DNA of 34,919 nucleotides from a candidate division WOR-3 bacterium (GCA_965648905.1 CBFGIT010000026.1:1-34919); one strand, 5' to 3'; counted from the stretch's first letter, positions 18,266 to 28,081 are shown. The notes: generated by a model not told the origin, from the sequence alone. Translations and numbers: made by a program.

Positions 18266-18281
18266 CAGGGTCACTCACCAC

Positions 18282-18305
18282 AGCGGGGGCCATCAGGCCC
18301 CCGCT
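18282..18305 (+). terminator. Intrinsic terminator after the C25 gene
   Basis: 10-bp stem AGCGGGGGCC/GGCCCCCGCT, loop ATCA, short T tail. Confidence 0.7.
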
Positions 18306-18406
18306 TTGCATTAGGACACGGCTTATCCATCCGATGGAACCGCCTGTCGTCTCAGATTGTCCGCAGAAGCTTCCCTCTGGTTCCGAACCGGCTATAATAG
18401 CGACCC

Positions 18407-19144
18407 ATGGAACTCGCCTGCTCGGTCAAGAATCTGGTCCGAGACTACGGCCCTTTACGGGCTTTGGCCGGCATCTCGTTTGCAATCAGGCCGGGCGAGA
18501 TATTCGGCCTCATCGGCCCGAACGGCTCAGGCAAAACCACCACCCTGCGCATCATCGCCACCCTGCTCAGGCCCACGTCAGGCGAGGTGATATTGTTCGA
18601 CACCGATGTCGTACGCCGGCCCGACGCAGTCCGCCGAATGATAAGCTACTTGCCTGAGGAAGCAGGCGCGTACAAGAACCTCTCCGGCCTGGAGTACCTT
18701 CGGTTCATGGCCACGCTCTACACGAAGGACACGAAAGCCCGGGACGAAATGGTCGAGGCGGCCGAGTCGATTGCCGAGCTTGGCCCGCGCATCAGGGACA
18801 AGGTCAAGGCGTACTCCAAGGGCATGACGCGCAAGCTGCTCTTGGCCCGGGCTCTCATGACCCGGCCCAGGCTTGCGATTCTCGACGAGCCGACCTCGGG
18901 CCTCGACGTTGCGAACTCGATGGAAATCCGGACCCGCATCCGCCAGTCTGCCCGCGCCGGGCTGACCGTGCTCCTTTCCTCCCACAACATGCTCGAGGTC
19001 GAGTTTCTGTCCGACCGGGTCGCGCTTATCCAGCAGGGGCGAATCATCGAAACCGGAACCCCTGACGAGCTGAAGACACGTTACTCGTGCCGCAACCTCG
19101 AGGAGGTTTTCCTGAAACTTGCGCCGGTGAAGGTGGCGGGCTGA
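18407..19144 (+). CDS. ABC-2 type exporter ATP-binding protein (NatA-like)
   Basis: GPNGSGKTT, YSKGM signature, ILDEPTSGLD and SSH switch. TATAAT at 18393-18398 lies 8 nt before the ATG. Confidence 0.93.
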   Translation: MELACSVKNLVRDYGPLRALAGISFAIRPGEIFGLIGPNGSGKTTTLRIIATLLRPTSGEVILFDTDVVRRPDAVRRMISYLPEEAGAYKNLSGLEYLRFMATLYTKDTKARDEMVEAAESIAELGPRIRDKVKAYSKGMTRKLLLARALMTRPRLAILDEPTSGLDVANSMEIRTRIRQSARAGLTVLLSSHNMLEVEFLSDRVALIQQGRIIETGTPDELKTRYSCRNLEEVFLKLAPVKVAG

Positions 19145-20424
19145 TGCGTAACGTCGTCGCGATTCTCGTCAAAGAGGCACGCGAGCTTTTGACCCCCCAG
19201 ATGCTTGTGCCTTTTGTCGCGGTGATGGTGCTGTTCATCTTTATCGGCCGGGCGATACGCGGCGAGCGGGCGCGGTCAATGCGGGCCCAGACCGTGTTCA
19301 TCGCCGACCAGGACGGCTCGGCCCTGGCAGCCGAAATCGTCGCCTCATTCCGGGCCGGGAACATGGCTGCAGTTCCGGTTTCAGGCGACCAGAACGAGGC
19401 GCTCAGCCTGGCACGCGAGGCTGGTGTGTCTTGGCTCGTCGTAATCCCGGCCGGGCTTGCCGACAGCGTCGCGGCCATGCGGCCGGCAGAAGTCGAGGTC
19501 TACAACATCATCCGCGGCTTCTCCCTGACCCAGACCATGCGCGGCATCAGCATCAAGACCCTGCTCGACCAGGTCAACTCCAGGATTACCGAGCGCCACC
19601 TGGCCCGGGCCTATCCTGACGTTGCCCCGGCGCAGCTTAGAAATTCGGTGCGGCCGCGCGAGTACGTCATGGTCAAAGACAAGCTCGCCGAAGGCAACGC
19701 CCGGATGCTTGAGGGCCTGGTCATGTCCCAGACTTTTCTGATTCCCATTGTCTTGCTCATGGTCATCATCTACTCCAGTCAGATGATTGCGGCGTCGATG
19801 GGCCAGGAGAAAGAGAACAAGACCCTTGAAACCCTGCTCACCGTGCCGGTCAGCCGCGTGACCATCGTCATCGGCAAGATGCTCGGCGCGGCGCTGGTAG
19901 CCTTGGTCATCTCCAGCGTGTTCCTGGTCGCGATGACGTACTATGCGGGCTCGTGGGCCGAGGAGATGCCGGTGCCGACCGGCGCGAGCATATCCATTCT
20001 GAGCCAGCTCGATATCGGAATGACCCTGCGGTCCTATATCATGGTCGGGATTGCGCTCTTTCTTGCCGTGCTCTGCGCTCTCTCGCTTGCCACTCTGCTT
20101 GCCATCTTTGCCGACGACGCCAAGACTGCGCAGATGACGATTACCCCGCTGATGATGCTTGTCATGGTGCCCTACTTCTTCTCGATGCTCTTCGACATCG
20201 AGACCACGTCTCTGCCGGTGAGACTCCTGGTCTACGCGATACCATTCGCATACCCGTTCCTCACCCCAAAGGCGGTCTTCTTCGGCAACTACGGCCTGGT
20301 CTTTGCCGGCTACGTCTACATGGCGGCCTTCGCCGCAGTCTGCATTATTGTTGCCGCGCGTATCTTCAACACCGACCGGGTGCTCACCGCCAAACTCAGA
20401 TTCAGAAAAAGGCCCGCACAATGA
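19144..20424 (+). CDS. ABC-2 type exporter permease (NatB-like)
   Basis: ATG 19144 overlaps the upstream stop (TGATG). EKENKTLETLLTVPVSR..IVIGK motif and multiple TM helices. Confidence 0.9.
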   Translation: MRNVVAILVKEARELLTPQMLVPFVAVMVLFIFIGRAIRGERARSMRAQTVFIADQDGSALAAEIVASFRAGNMAAVPVSGDQNEALSLAREAGVSWLVVIPAGLADSVAAMRPAEVEVYNIIRGFSLTQTMRGISIKTLLDQVNSRITERHLARAYPDVAPAQLRNSVRPREYVMVKDKLAEGNARMLEGLVMSQTFLIPIVLLMVIIYSSQMIAASMGQEKENKTLETLLTVPVSRVTIVIGKMLGAALVALVISSVFLVAMTYYAGSWAEEMPVPTGASISILSQLDIGMTLRSYIMVGIALFLAVLCALSLATLLAIFADDAKTAQMTITPLMMLVMVPYFFSMLFDIETTSLPVRLLVYAIPFAYPFLTPKAVFFGNYGLVFAGYVYMAAFAAVCIIVAARIFNTDRVLTAKLRFRKRPAQ

Positions 20425-20437
20425 GGAACAGCCGGCC

Positions 20438-20860
20438 ATGTCTGTAAAAGACTCCTGCGAAGTCCGCTGCCCCTCGTGCGGCCACGAAGACCAGGTCGAG
20501 GTCTGGCGCTCGCTCAACACAAGCCATGACCCGGACGCGAAAGAACTGCTGCTGGCACACCAGGTCAACATCTTCCGCTGCCCGAAGTGCGGCTACGAGT
20601 CGCTCATCGACGTCGATTTCCTCTATCACGACCCGGAGCGCAGGTTCTGCGTCCAGTTCTACCCTTTCGACCGGCTCTCAGACGACAACTTCCTTGCCAA
20701 CTTCGACCGCGAGGGCCGGCCTGCAGTTGAGCTGCCCAGGCACATGCCGGTGCCGGACTCGATGACGTATCTCACGCGGCCGCACATCGTCTTCGACATG
20801 GCCGAGCTGGTCCGCTACGTTGCCTTCCGTGACCGGCTGCACGAACTGGCCAGCGGGTAG
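20438..20860 (+). CDS. CpXC-domain (zinc-ribbon) protein
   Basis: CPSCG...VWRSLN...FRCPKCG...FLYHDPE. ATG 20438 with SD GAGGA. Confidence 0.85.
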   Translation: MSVKDSCEVRCPSCGHEDQVEVWRSLNTSHDPDAKELLLAHQVNIFRCPKCGYESLIDVDFLYHDPERRFCVQFYPFDRLSDDNFLANFDREGRPAVELPRHMPVPDSMTYLTRPHIVFDMAELVRYVAFRDRLHELASG

Positions 20861-20958
20861 TACTCCCGCTCTCCGCCTCCCGTGATTCTGCCTTCTGTCT
20901 TCATCCGTCCGCCTTCATGCTGGCTTGACTTTCGACTCTGTCTTTAGAAACTTAGCAC

Positions 20959-22965
20959 ATGGGAAGTATGTCGCTTCCTGACCGGCTTCGTACCCGCACC
21001 GGCATGATGCTGGTGCTGGGTGCGGTCGTGCTGCTGTCGGCGCTCATCTATCTGCCGACCCGAGGGCACAGCTTCGTCTGGGACGATTCCTCCCTGATAC
21101 TCCACAACCGTCTGCTCGCGCGGTCTCGGCCGCTGGACCTGTTCCTGCGCCCGTTCTGGGCCGGCAGCCAGGAACCGCCCGAAGGCGCCGGCCCGCTCTA
21201 CTACCGGCCCCTGACCAACTTCAGCTTCTGGCTCGACTATCGTCTGGCCGGACCTGACCCGCGCCACTTCCACTCGGTCAACATCGTGCTCAACGCCCTT
21301 GCTGCGATGTTCGTCACCCTGGTCATCTGGGAACTGCTCCATTCCGGCACCTGGGCGCTGTTCGGCGGGCTGCTCTTTGCGGTCCACCCGGCCCACACCG
21401 AATCGGTTGCTTTCATCTCGGGCCGCACCGATCTACTCCTAACCGTGTTCCTTGCCGCGGCTGCGGCTCTGCTCCTGCGTGCTCAGCGCAAACGGTCGCT
21501 CTGGTGGTGGCTGCCCGTACCGCCGCTCTTCGCGCTTGCACTCCTTTCCAAGGAAACCGCGCTGCTCTTCCCCGGCCTTGTCGCACTCACGCCACTTCTG
21601 ACCCAGACCCGCTACGACCGTCGCCACTGGCTGCTCGTTGCTATTACGCTCGCCATCGCGCTCGGCTTCATCCTGCTCAGGGCAAGAGCTGTTCCGGCAC
21701 CCACGCCCGCCCTGTTCGGCCAGCCGCTTCTGCCCCGACTGACCAACGTCGCCAACACGTTCGGTCTTTACATCAGAATGTTCTTCTGGCCATTCAACCA
21801 CCGGGCCAAATATCCGTTCGACCCTGAATTCCTTGCCCTGACCCCCAACGTCATTCCAGCTTTGCTCTTTGTTGTCTCAATCCCGCTTGTCGCTCTGCGC
21901 CGTCGCTTCTGGGTCTCGCTCTGGGCCTATGCCTGGACCATACTCTTTCTGGCCCCGGTCGCAAACTTCATCCTCCTCGGTCCACAGGCAGCCGAGCGGC
22001 TACTCTATCTGCCCTCGGTCGGTCTGGTTCTCATCATTCTCACTCCGGTCTCACGCCTCACAACCTATCGGGTCCGACTGCGCCAGGTCTGCGCCACTAC
22101 CCTGGCCTTTGCCATTGTCCTGTTCGCTGCAGACACGATGACCCGGTCGCGTATCTGGCAGGACGACGTAACGCTCTTCTCGGCCATGATTCGGGAAGCG
22201 CCCAAGGCGCCCAGTGCCTACGCGAATCTCGCCGCGGCCCTCGCCCCTTCTCAGCCCGACTCTGCCATCAGGCTCTACAACCGGGCCATTGCCTTGGACC
22301 AGGGATATGTCCAGGCCCACATCAACATTGCTGCGCTCTACACCGCCAAGTCTGACCCACGCCGGGCAATCCACCACCTGCGTATCGCGGACGAACTCCG
22401 GCCCAACTCGGTCATGATTCAGAACAACATGGGGCTCGCGTTCATGGCCGCCTCTCTGCCGGAGAGTGCGCTTGCGGCTTTCAACCGGGCACTGACAATT
22501 GACTCAAGCCATGTTCTTGTCCACCTTAACCGTGCGTCGGCTCTCTCTGCTCTCGGGTTGGGCGACTCGGCTGAAGCTGAGCTGCACAAGGCGGTAGCAC
22601 TCGACTCGTGCCTCAGTCTTGCCTGGGCCGGCCTGTCTGAGCGGCACGAACGCCGCAACCAACCGGACAGCGCCCGATGGTATCTTGCCCAGGTTCTCCG
22701 CGACCCGAACCCTGCGCCTGCGCTTCTCAACCGTCTCGGCACGCTGCTCGCCCAGGCTGGCGATACGGCCCATGCCCGCGCCTGCTATGGCCAGGCTCTT
22801 GCCCGCGATTCGACGCTTGTCCCGGCTCTGTACAACCAGGCCGTGCTCCTTGCCGCGCTTGGCGACAGCCTCTCGGCCCGGCTCCTCGCAACCCGGGCCT
22901 ACGTCCTCAGACCCGACCTTGAGCCAGTCAGAGCGGTTTACCTTGCTCTAGTCGGTCCGCGCTAG
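20959..22965 (+). CDS. TMTC-like GT-C membrane glycosyltransferase with C-terminal TPRs
   Basis: FVWDD, YYRPL, LLFAVHPAHTESVAFISGRTDLL, ALLSKETA, AERLLYLPSVG and R..IWQD, followed by TPR repeats. Confidence 0.88.
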   Translation: MGSMSLPDRLRTRTGMMLVLGAVVLLSALIYLPTRGHSFVWDDSSLILHNRLLARSRPLDLFLRPFWAGSQEPPEGAGPLYYRPLTNFSFWLDYRLAGPDPRHFHSVNIVLNALAAMFVTLVIWELLHSGTWALFGGLLFAVHPAHTESVAFISGRTDLLLTVFLAAAAALLLRAQRKRSLWWWLPVPPLFALALLSKETALLFPGLVALTPLLTQTRYDRRHWLLVAITLAIALGFILLRARAVPAPTPALFGQPLLPRLTNVANTFGLYIRMFFWPFNHRAKYPFDPEFLALTPNVIPALLFVVSIPLVALRRRFWVSLWAYAWTILFLAPVANFILLGPQAAERLLYLPSVGLVLIILTPVSRLTTYRVRLRQVCATTLAFAIVLFAADTMTRSRIWQDDVTLFSAMIREAPKAPSAYANLAAALAPSQPDSAIRLYNRAIALDQGYVQAHINIAALYTAKSDPRRAIHHLRIADELRPNSVMIQNNMGLAFMAASLPESALAAFNRALTIDSSHVLVHLNRASALSALGLGDSAEAELHKAVALDSCLSLAWAGLSERHERRNQPDSARWYLAQVLRDPNPAPALLNRLGTLLAQAGDTAHARACYGQALARDSTLVPALYNQAVLLAALGDSLSARLLATRAYVLRPDLEPVRAVYLALVGPR

Positions 22966-23209
22966 CGCACGGCCCTGACCGCTCCCCACAGCCTCAAGCA
23001 CAATACTGCAGACGAGCTCAAGAATCGTCGGCTGGACATGGCTTAGGACTTGCGACTTCTCTGACGTGACAGGACGCGCAGCACCCTCAAGGGGCGCGAA
23101 TCGAACAGACATCCCTGCCGGGCCCTGACCGCAAGACTCGCCTCAGCCAGCAAAGTCGGTGCTGTCCCACGCGTCAGTCACGGAAAACAGGTAACGTCCC
23201 CATTTGCTT

Positions 23210-23238
23210 GGGGGAGCGAGTGGGGGAGTCGCTCCCCC
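23210..23238. repeat. Inverted repeat / hairpin in convergent intergenic spacer
   Basis: GGGGGAGCGA-N9-TCGCTCCCCC, perfect 10-bp stem. Confidence 0.7.
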
Positions 23239-23490
23239 TGCCAGTTGCGACAGCAGAACGTCTGCTGGTCAGAAGTGCGGCTTGGTGGTCAGTTGCGGCA
23301 GTAGTTCACAAGGTGTTTCATGGTGCGGGTCGGAAGCCGGTTCCAGAAGCAGGCCGGTCTGCGGTGTGGCCGGCGCGTACGTCGTCAGTTCGGACTGCGG
23401 GTCGGGTGGCAGGCGCGACTGCAGGTCTGAGTGCGATTGCCGCAGCAGGCCTGCCGAGACTGGCGAGGTGCCGGATACCGCGGCTTGGGG

Positions 23491-26400
23491 CTAGGTGCGC
23501 GCGGTGTCGTATGCGGAAAGCGGACGGACGGGAAGGGTGGAGCGCGGGTGGCGCAAGAGGGCGCGGACAAACACGCGGGCAAGCTCGGCGTCGTTGACCA
23601 GGGGCACGCCGATGTCGGCCGCGGTCCGGCGGATGTGATAGCCATCGGTAAGGGTGAGCTCGTCCGAGCTGCGCTTAGGCACGTTGATGACGCACTCAAC
23701 TCGGCGGGAGAGAATCAGGTCCACAACGTTGGGGCTCGCGCCCTCGGAGACCTTGTGGACGACGTGCGCCTTCACGCCGTGTTCGGTGAGGAACCGGTGC
23801 GTGCCGGCAGTGGCATAGAGTTCGAACCCGGCAGCGGCAAGTTGCTGGATGCAGTCGAGCAGCTTGACCTTCTGGTCCTCGGTGCCGATGGAGAGTAGTA
23901 CTGACTTGCCGGGCAGGCGGAAGCCGTTCGATATCATTGCCTTGAGCAGGGCTTCATCCAGTGAATCGCCAAGGCAGGCGACCTCGCCGGTCGAGGTCAT
24001 TTCGACGTAAAGTACCGGGTCTGCGCCCTTGAGGCGCGAGAAGGAGAACTGGGGAACCTTGACCGCGACGTGGTCCAGGTCGAGCGTGCGGTAGTTACCG
24101 CGCACGTCGACCCCGAGCATGGCGCGGGCCGCGAACTCGATGAAGTTGTACCCGGTCGCCTTGGAAACGAATGGGAACGAACGCGAGGCGCGCAGGTTGC
24201 ACTCGATGACCGAAATCTCGTTCTGCTTGGCAAGGAACTGGACGTTGAACGGCCCCCTGATGTCGAGACCGCGGGCAATCGCCTTGGTGATGCCTTTGGC
24301 GCGGCGCACGGTTTCCAGGTAGGTGGTCTGGGGCGGGAGCACCACGGTCGCGTCGCCGGAGTGGACGCCCGAAAGCTCGACGTGTTCGGTAATCGCGTAG
24401 AGCACCAGTTCGCCGTCCTGGGCCACGCCGTCGATTTCGATTTCCTTGGCGCCGTCGATGAACTTCGAGACCACGACCGGGCTGTCGGCCGAGACGCGCG
24501 TGGCCTGGGCCAGGAACTGCTCGAGCGAGAGCGGGGTGCGGGCGATGTTCATGGCCGAGCCGGAGAGTACGTACGACGGCCGGATCAGGACCGGGTAGCC
24601 GACTTCGTCGGCAAAGCGCTTGGCCTCTTTGACTGAGCGCAGCTCGCGCCAGGGTGGTTGGGCGATGCCCAGCTCGTCCAAGAGCTCGGAGAAGCGGTGG
24701 CGGTTCTCGGCCCGGTCGATGGAATCAGGGCTGGTGCCGAGGATACGCACGCCGCACTTGTCGAGGCTGCGAGCGAGTGTGTTCGGAATCTGGCCGCCGA
24801 CCGAGACGACCACGCCCAGGGGCTGCTCGAAGTCGACAATGTCGAGCACGCGTTCGAGCGTCAGTTCCTCGAAGTAGAGCCGGTCGGTTTCGTCAAAGTC
24901 GGTGGAGACCGTCTCCGGGTTGCAGTTGACCATGATGGTGCGATGGCCGAGCGCGGAGAGCGTGCGGCAGACCCCGACTGAACACCAGTCGAACTCGACC
25001 GATGAGCCGATGCAGTACGGCCCGCCGCCGAGCACGATGACCGGCCGGCCCTTTTCCTCGGGCCGGACGTCTTCCTGGTCAGCGCCATAGGTGACGTACA
25101 GGTAGTTCGTGGTAGCAGGGAACTCGCCCGCGAGTGTGTCGATGCGGCGGACTCTGGGCACGACCTTGAGTTCGAGCCGCCGGGCACGTACATCGGCTTC
25201 GCTTGAGTGCAGGACCCGGGCCAGGGCGCGGTCAGAGAAGCCGAGGCGCTTGAGCCGGCGCATGTGTTCACGGCTCAGTGTGTCGAGGCTTCTGCCGGTC
25301 GTCTCGACCTCGGCCCGCACCACGGTTTCGATGCGCGCAATGAACCACGGGTCAATACCGGACAGCTCGTGCAGCTTCTCGGGTGCCACGCCTGCGGCCA
25401 GGGCCTGGACCAGGGCATAGAGCCTGCGGTCGGTCGCGCGCTCGATTTCGTCCCGCGGGTCTTCGACCCGCGCCCCAGGGTCGGTCAGGCCGTCAAGCCC
25501 TGTGCCCAGCGAGCGCACCGCCTTCTGCAGCGCCTCCTCGAATGTCACGCCGATACCCATCGCCTCGCCCACGCTCTTCATCTCGGTGCCGATGCGACGC
25601 GAGGCAGCGCGGAACTTGGCCAGGTCCCAGCGCGGTATCTTGACTGTGATGTAGTCGAGGGCCGGCTCGAAGAAGCAGCCGGTTACGCCGGTCACCGCGT
25701 TCGGGATGTCGGCCAGGAGTTCACCCAAGGCGAGCCGGGTCGCGACCCAGGCCAGAGGATAGCCCGTGGCCTTGGACGCGAGCGCGCTGGAGCGCGACAG
25801 CCGGGCGTTGACTTCGATGACCCGGTACTCGCCGCTCGAAGGATGGAGCGCGTACTGGACATTGCATTCACCGACCACGCCGAGCCCGACCGCGATGTGG
25901 ATGGCAAGGCTGCGCAGGCGGTGATACTCGCTGTTGGTCAGGGTCTGGGACGGCGCGACTACGATGCTTTCGCCGGTGTGGATGCCCATCGGGTCCATGT
26001 TCTCCATGTTGCAGACCGTGACCGAGTTGCCGGCCCGGTCGCGCACGACCTCATACTCGACCTCTTTCCAGCCCGCAAGGTACTCCTCGATGAGCACCTG
26101 GGGCGAATGGGCAAGAGACTCGTTGACCCGATGGCGCAGTTCAACCGCGTTGCAGACCATGCCTGAAGCAAGGCCGCCGAGGCTGTAGGCGGCACGCACC
26201 ATGGCCGGGTAGCCGACCTGCTCGACGACCTTGAGCGCTTCGTCAAGCGACGTGGCGGTTGCCGACTTCGGTACCGACACGTCTAGGGCGCGCATCTTTG
26301 CGGCAAAGCTCTGCCGGTCCTCGGATTCGATGATGGTCTGTACCGGCGTACCGAGCACCTGCACGCCGTGCCGGGCCAGGGCGCCGCTCTTGAACAGCTC

Positions 26401-26697
26401 GATGCCGGCGTTCAGGGCCAACTGGCCGCCGACGTTCAGGAGGATGCCGTCGGGCCGCTCCTGCTCGATGACCTTTTCCACGAAGTCGGGCTCAACCGGG
26501 ACAAGGTAGATCTCGTCGGCAAGGCCGGGCGTGGTCTGGATGGTCGCGACGTTCGGGTTGATGAGGACGGTCTTGATACCCTTCTGTTTGAGCGCCTTGA
26601 TGGCCTGGCTGCCTGAGTAGTCGAACTCGCCGGCCTGACCGATGCGCAATGCACCGGAGCCGAGAATCACGACCTTGCGGGGGAAGGGAGCGCTCAT
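23491..26697 (-). CDS. carB: Carbamoyl-phosphate synthase large subunit
   Basis: KVVILGSGALRIGQAGEFDYSGSQA, two ATP-grasp halves and C-terminal MGS domain. True start is ATG 26697; the track extension to 27132 overlaps carA. Confidence 0.97.
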   Translation of the reverse strand: MSAPFPRKVVILGSGALRIGQAGEFDYSGSQAIKALKQKGIKTVLINPNVATIQTTPGLADEIYLVPVEPDFVEKVIEQERPDGILLNVGGQLALNAGIELFKSGALARHGVQVLGTPVQTIIESEDRQSFAAKMRALDVSVPKSATATSLDEALKVVEQVGYPAMVRAAYSLGGLASGMVCNAVELRHRVNESLAHSPQVLIEEYLAGWKEVEYEVVRDRAGNSVTVCNMENMDPMGIHTGESIVVAPSQTLTNSEYHRLRSLAIHIAVGLGVVGECNVQYALHPSSGEYRVIEVNARLSRSSALASKATGYPLAWVATRLALGELLADIPNAVTGVTGCFFEPALDYITVKIPRWDLAKFRAASRRIGTEMKSVGEAMGIGVTFEEALQKAVRSLGTGLDGLTDPGARVEDPRDEIERATDRRLYALVQALAAGVAPEKLHELSGIDPWFIARIETVVRAEVETTGRSLDTLSREHMRRLKRLGFSDRALARVLHSSEADVRARRLELKVVPRVRRIDTLAGEFPATTNYLYVTYGADQEDVRPEEKGRPVIVLGGGPYCIGSSVEFDWCSVGVCRTLSALGHRTIMVNCNPETVSTDFDETDRLYFEELTLERVLDIVDFEQPLGVVVSVGGQIPNTLARSLDKCGVRILGTSPDSIDRAENRHRFSELLDELGIAQPPWRELRSVKEAKRFADEVGYPVLIRPSYVLSGSAMNIARTPLSLEQFLAQATRVSADSPVVVSKFIDGAKEIEIDGVAQDGELVLYAITEHVELSGVHSGDATVVLPPQTTYLETVRRAKGITKAIARGLDIRGPFNVQFLAKQNEISVIECNLRASRSFPFVSKATGYNFIEFAARAMLGVDVRGNYRTLDLDHVAVKVPQFSFSRLKGADPVLYVEMTSTGEVACLGDSLDEALLKAMISNGFRLPGKSVLLSIGTEDQKVKLLDCIQQLAAAGFELYATAGTHRFLTEHGVKAHVVHKVSEGASPNVVDLILSRRVECVINVPKRSSDELTLTDGYHIRRTAADIGVPLVNDAELARVFVRALLRHPRSTLPVRPLSAYDTART

Positions 26698-26785
26698 CGC
26701 CGCTCGCCTTTCGCCTTCCGCCTGACCCGAGCGGAACCTCTGACTTCTGCGCTTTGTGCTCTGGCTTCTGACCTCGACCGGTGTC

Positions 26786-27901
26786 TCATCCCAGTTGCTC
26801 CACAAACCGGTCGAACAGGTCGCGACTCTCCAGGGGCCCGGGCGCGGCTTCCGGATGGAACTGCACCGCGGAGAATGGCCTGCGGCGGTGACGGATGCCT
26901 TCAACCGAGCCGTCGTTGGCATTGGTGAACCAGACTTCCCAGTCCGAAGGCAGCGACTTGGCGTCGATGGCGAAGCCGTGGTTCTGGCTCGTGAGACGGC
27001 AGCGGTCAGTACCGGTCTCGCGGCAGGGCTGGTTCTGGCCGCGATGACCGTAGCGCAGCTTGTAGGTCCGGGCACCGGCAGCGAGGGCGAGCAACTGGTT
27101 GCCGAGGCAGATGCCGAACACGGGTCTGCCAAGGGTCATCGCACGCCTCAAGATGCCGACCGTGGGCCTGCACTGCTCCGGATTGCCCGGCCCGTTGGAG
27201 AGCACGATGCCATCGAACCGCTCGCCGGTGTAATCGTAGTTGTACGGCACCTGCCAGACCGCAAGCTCGCGCGACACGAGCTCGCGCCGAATCGAGTGCT
27301 TGGCGCCGCAGTCCACGAGCACGACTCGCTTCCTGCCCGAGCCGTGGAGCTTCGGCTCCGACGAGGAGACCAGGGCTACGATGTCGGTCTTGTTCGGGTC
27401 GAGCAGGGGCACATTGTCGGCGGCGACTTCCGCGGGCCGGATGCGTCCGAGCATTGTCCCACGCTCACGCAGCCGCAGGGTCAGGTAGCGCGTGTCTACA
27501 CCCTCGATGCCGGGCACGGATTCTTCAGCCAGCCACTCGTGCAGTGACCTTGCCGCGTCAGGGCAGCTCTTATCGTTGTGGACAGAAGAGACGACCAGGC
27601 CGGCAACCTGGATACGGTCGGATTCAAACCGCGACGTGGGACATGACCCAATTCCGCCCGGGGAATTGGGATCGCGTCCCAAGTCGGAGTCTGCCGCGGG
27701 CACCCCATAGTTGCCGACGAGCGGATAGGTCATGACCAGGATCTGGCCGCGGTAAGAAGGGTCGGTGAGGCTCTCGACATAGCCGACCATCGAGGTGTTG
27801 AAGACCACTTCACCTGAGGCGGGCGCGAGGTGGCCGAAGCCGGTGCCGGCCAGTTGTGTGCCGTCTTCAAGTTCGAGGATCACGGGATGACTGGTCGGCA
27901 T
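26786..27901 (-). CDS. carA: Carbamoyl-phosphate synthase small (glutaminase) subunit
   Basis: GEVVFNTSMVGYVESLTDPSY, LSNGPGNP, FGICLG (catalytic Cys), SQNHGF and QFHPE. Confidence 0.97.
   Translation of the reverse strand: MPTSHPVILELEDGTQLAGTGFGHLAPASGEVVFNTSMVGYVESLTDPSYRGQILVMTYPLVGNYGVPAADSDLGRDPNSPGGIGSCPTSRFESDRIQVAGLVVSSVHNDKSCPDAARSLHEWLAEESVPGIEGVDTRYLTLRLRERGTMLGRIRPAEVAADNVPLLDPNKTDIVALVSSSEPKLHGSGRKRVVLVDCGAKHSIRRELVSRELAVWQVPYNYDYTGERFDGIVLSNGPGNPEQCRPTVGILRRAMTLGRPVFGICLGNQLLALAAGARTYKLRYGHRGQNQPCRETGTDRCRLTSQNHGFAIDAKSLPSDWEVWFTNANDGSVEGIRHRRRPFSAVQFHPEAAPGPLESRDLFDRFVEQLG
27637..27681. repeat. 45-bp REP-like imperfect palindrome inside carA
   Basis: TGGGAC-ATGA-CCCAATTCC-GCCCGG-GGAATTGGG-ATCGC-GTCCCA. 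Confidence 0.8.
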
Positions 27902-27912
27902 GGTGCGGTCGC

Positions 27913-27940
27913 ATTATAGCCGCTGTCCGGCATGGCGCAA
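27913..27940 (-). promoter_or_regulatory. Promoter of carAB
   Basis: Minus strand TTGCGC-16 bp-TATAAT, 11 nt before the ATG, with no SD. Confidence 0.55.
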
Positions 27941-28081
27941 ATGGGAACGGACGAGCGTGCCTCGCCGCTTGACTTGGCCGGCATTGCCCTTGGCGTACGT
28001 CTGCAGGTTTTCGCGGCCGTGCCGGCCGCTCTCAGAAGTCGTCTGCTGCGACCGCTCCCAGTAGCCAACCTCCATCCCGCG

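Noticed and set aside
26698..27132. Open carB frame across the spacer and carA 3' end, suggesting a frameshifted CarA-CarB fusion
   Set aside because: No slippery site was recognised, long open alternative frames are common at this GC content, and carA has its own stop and carB its own start.
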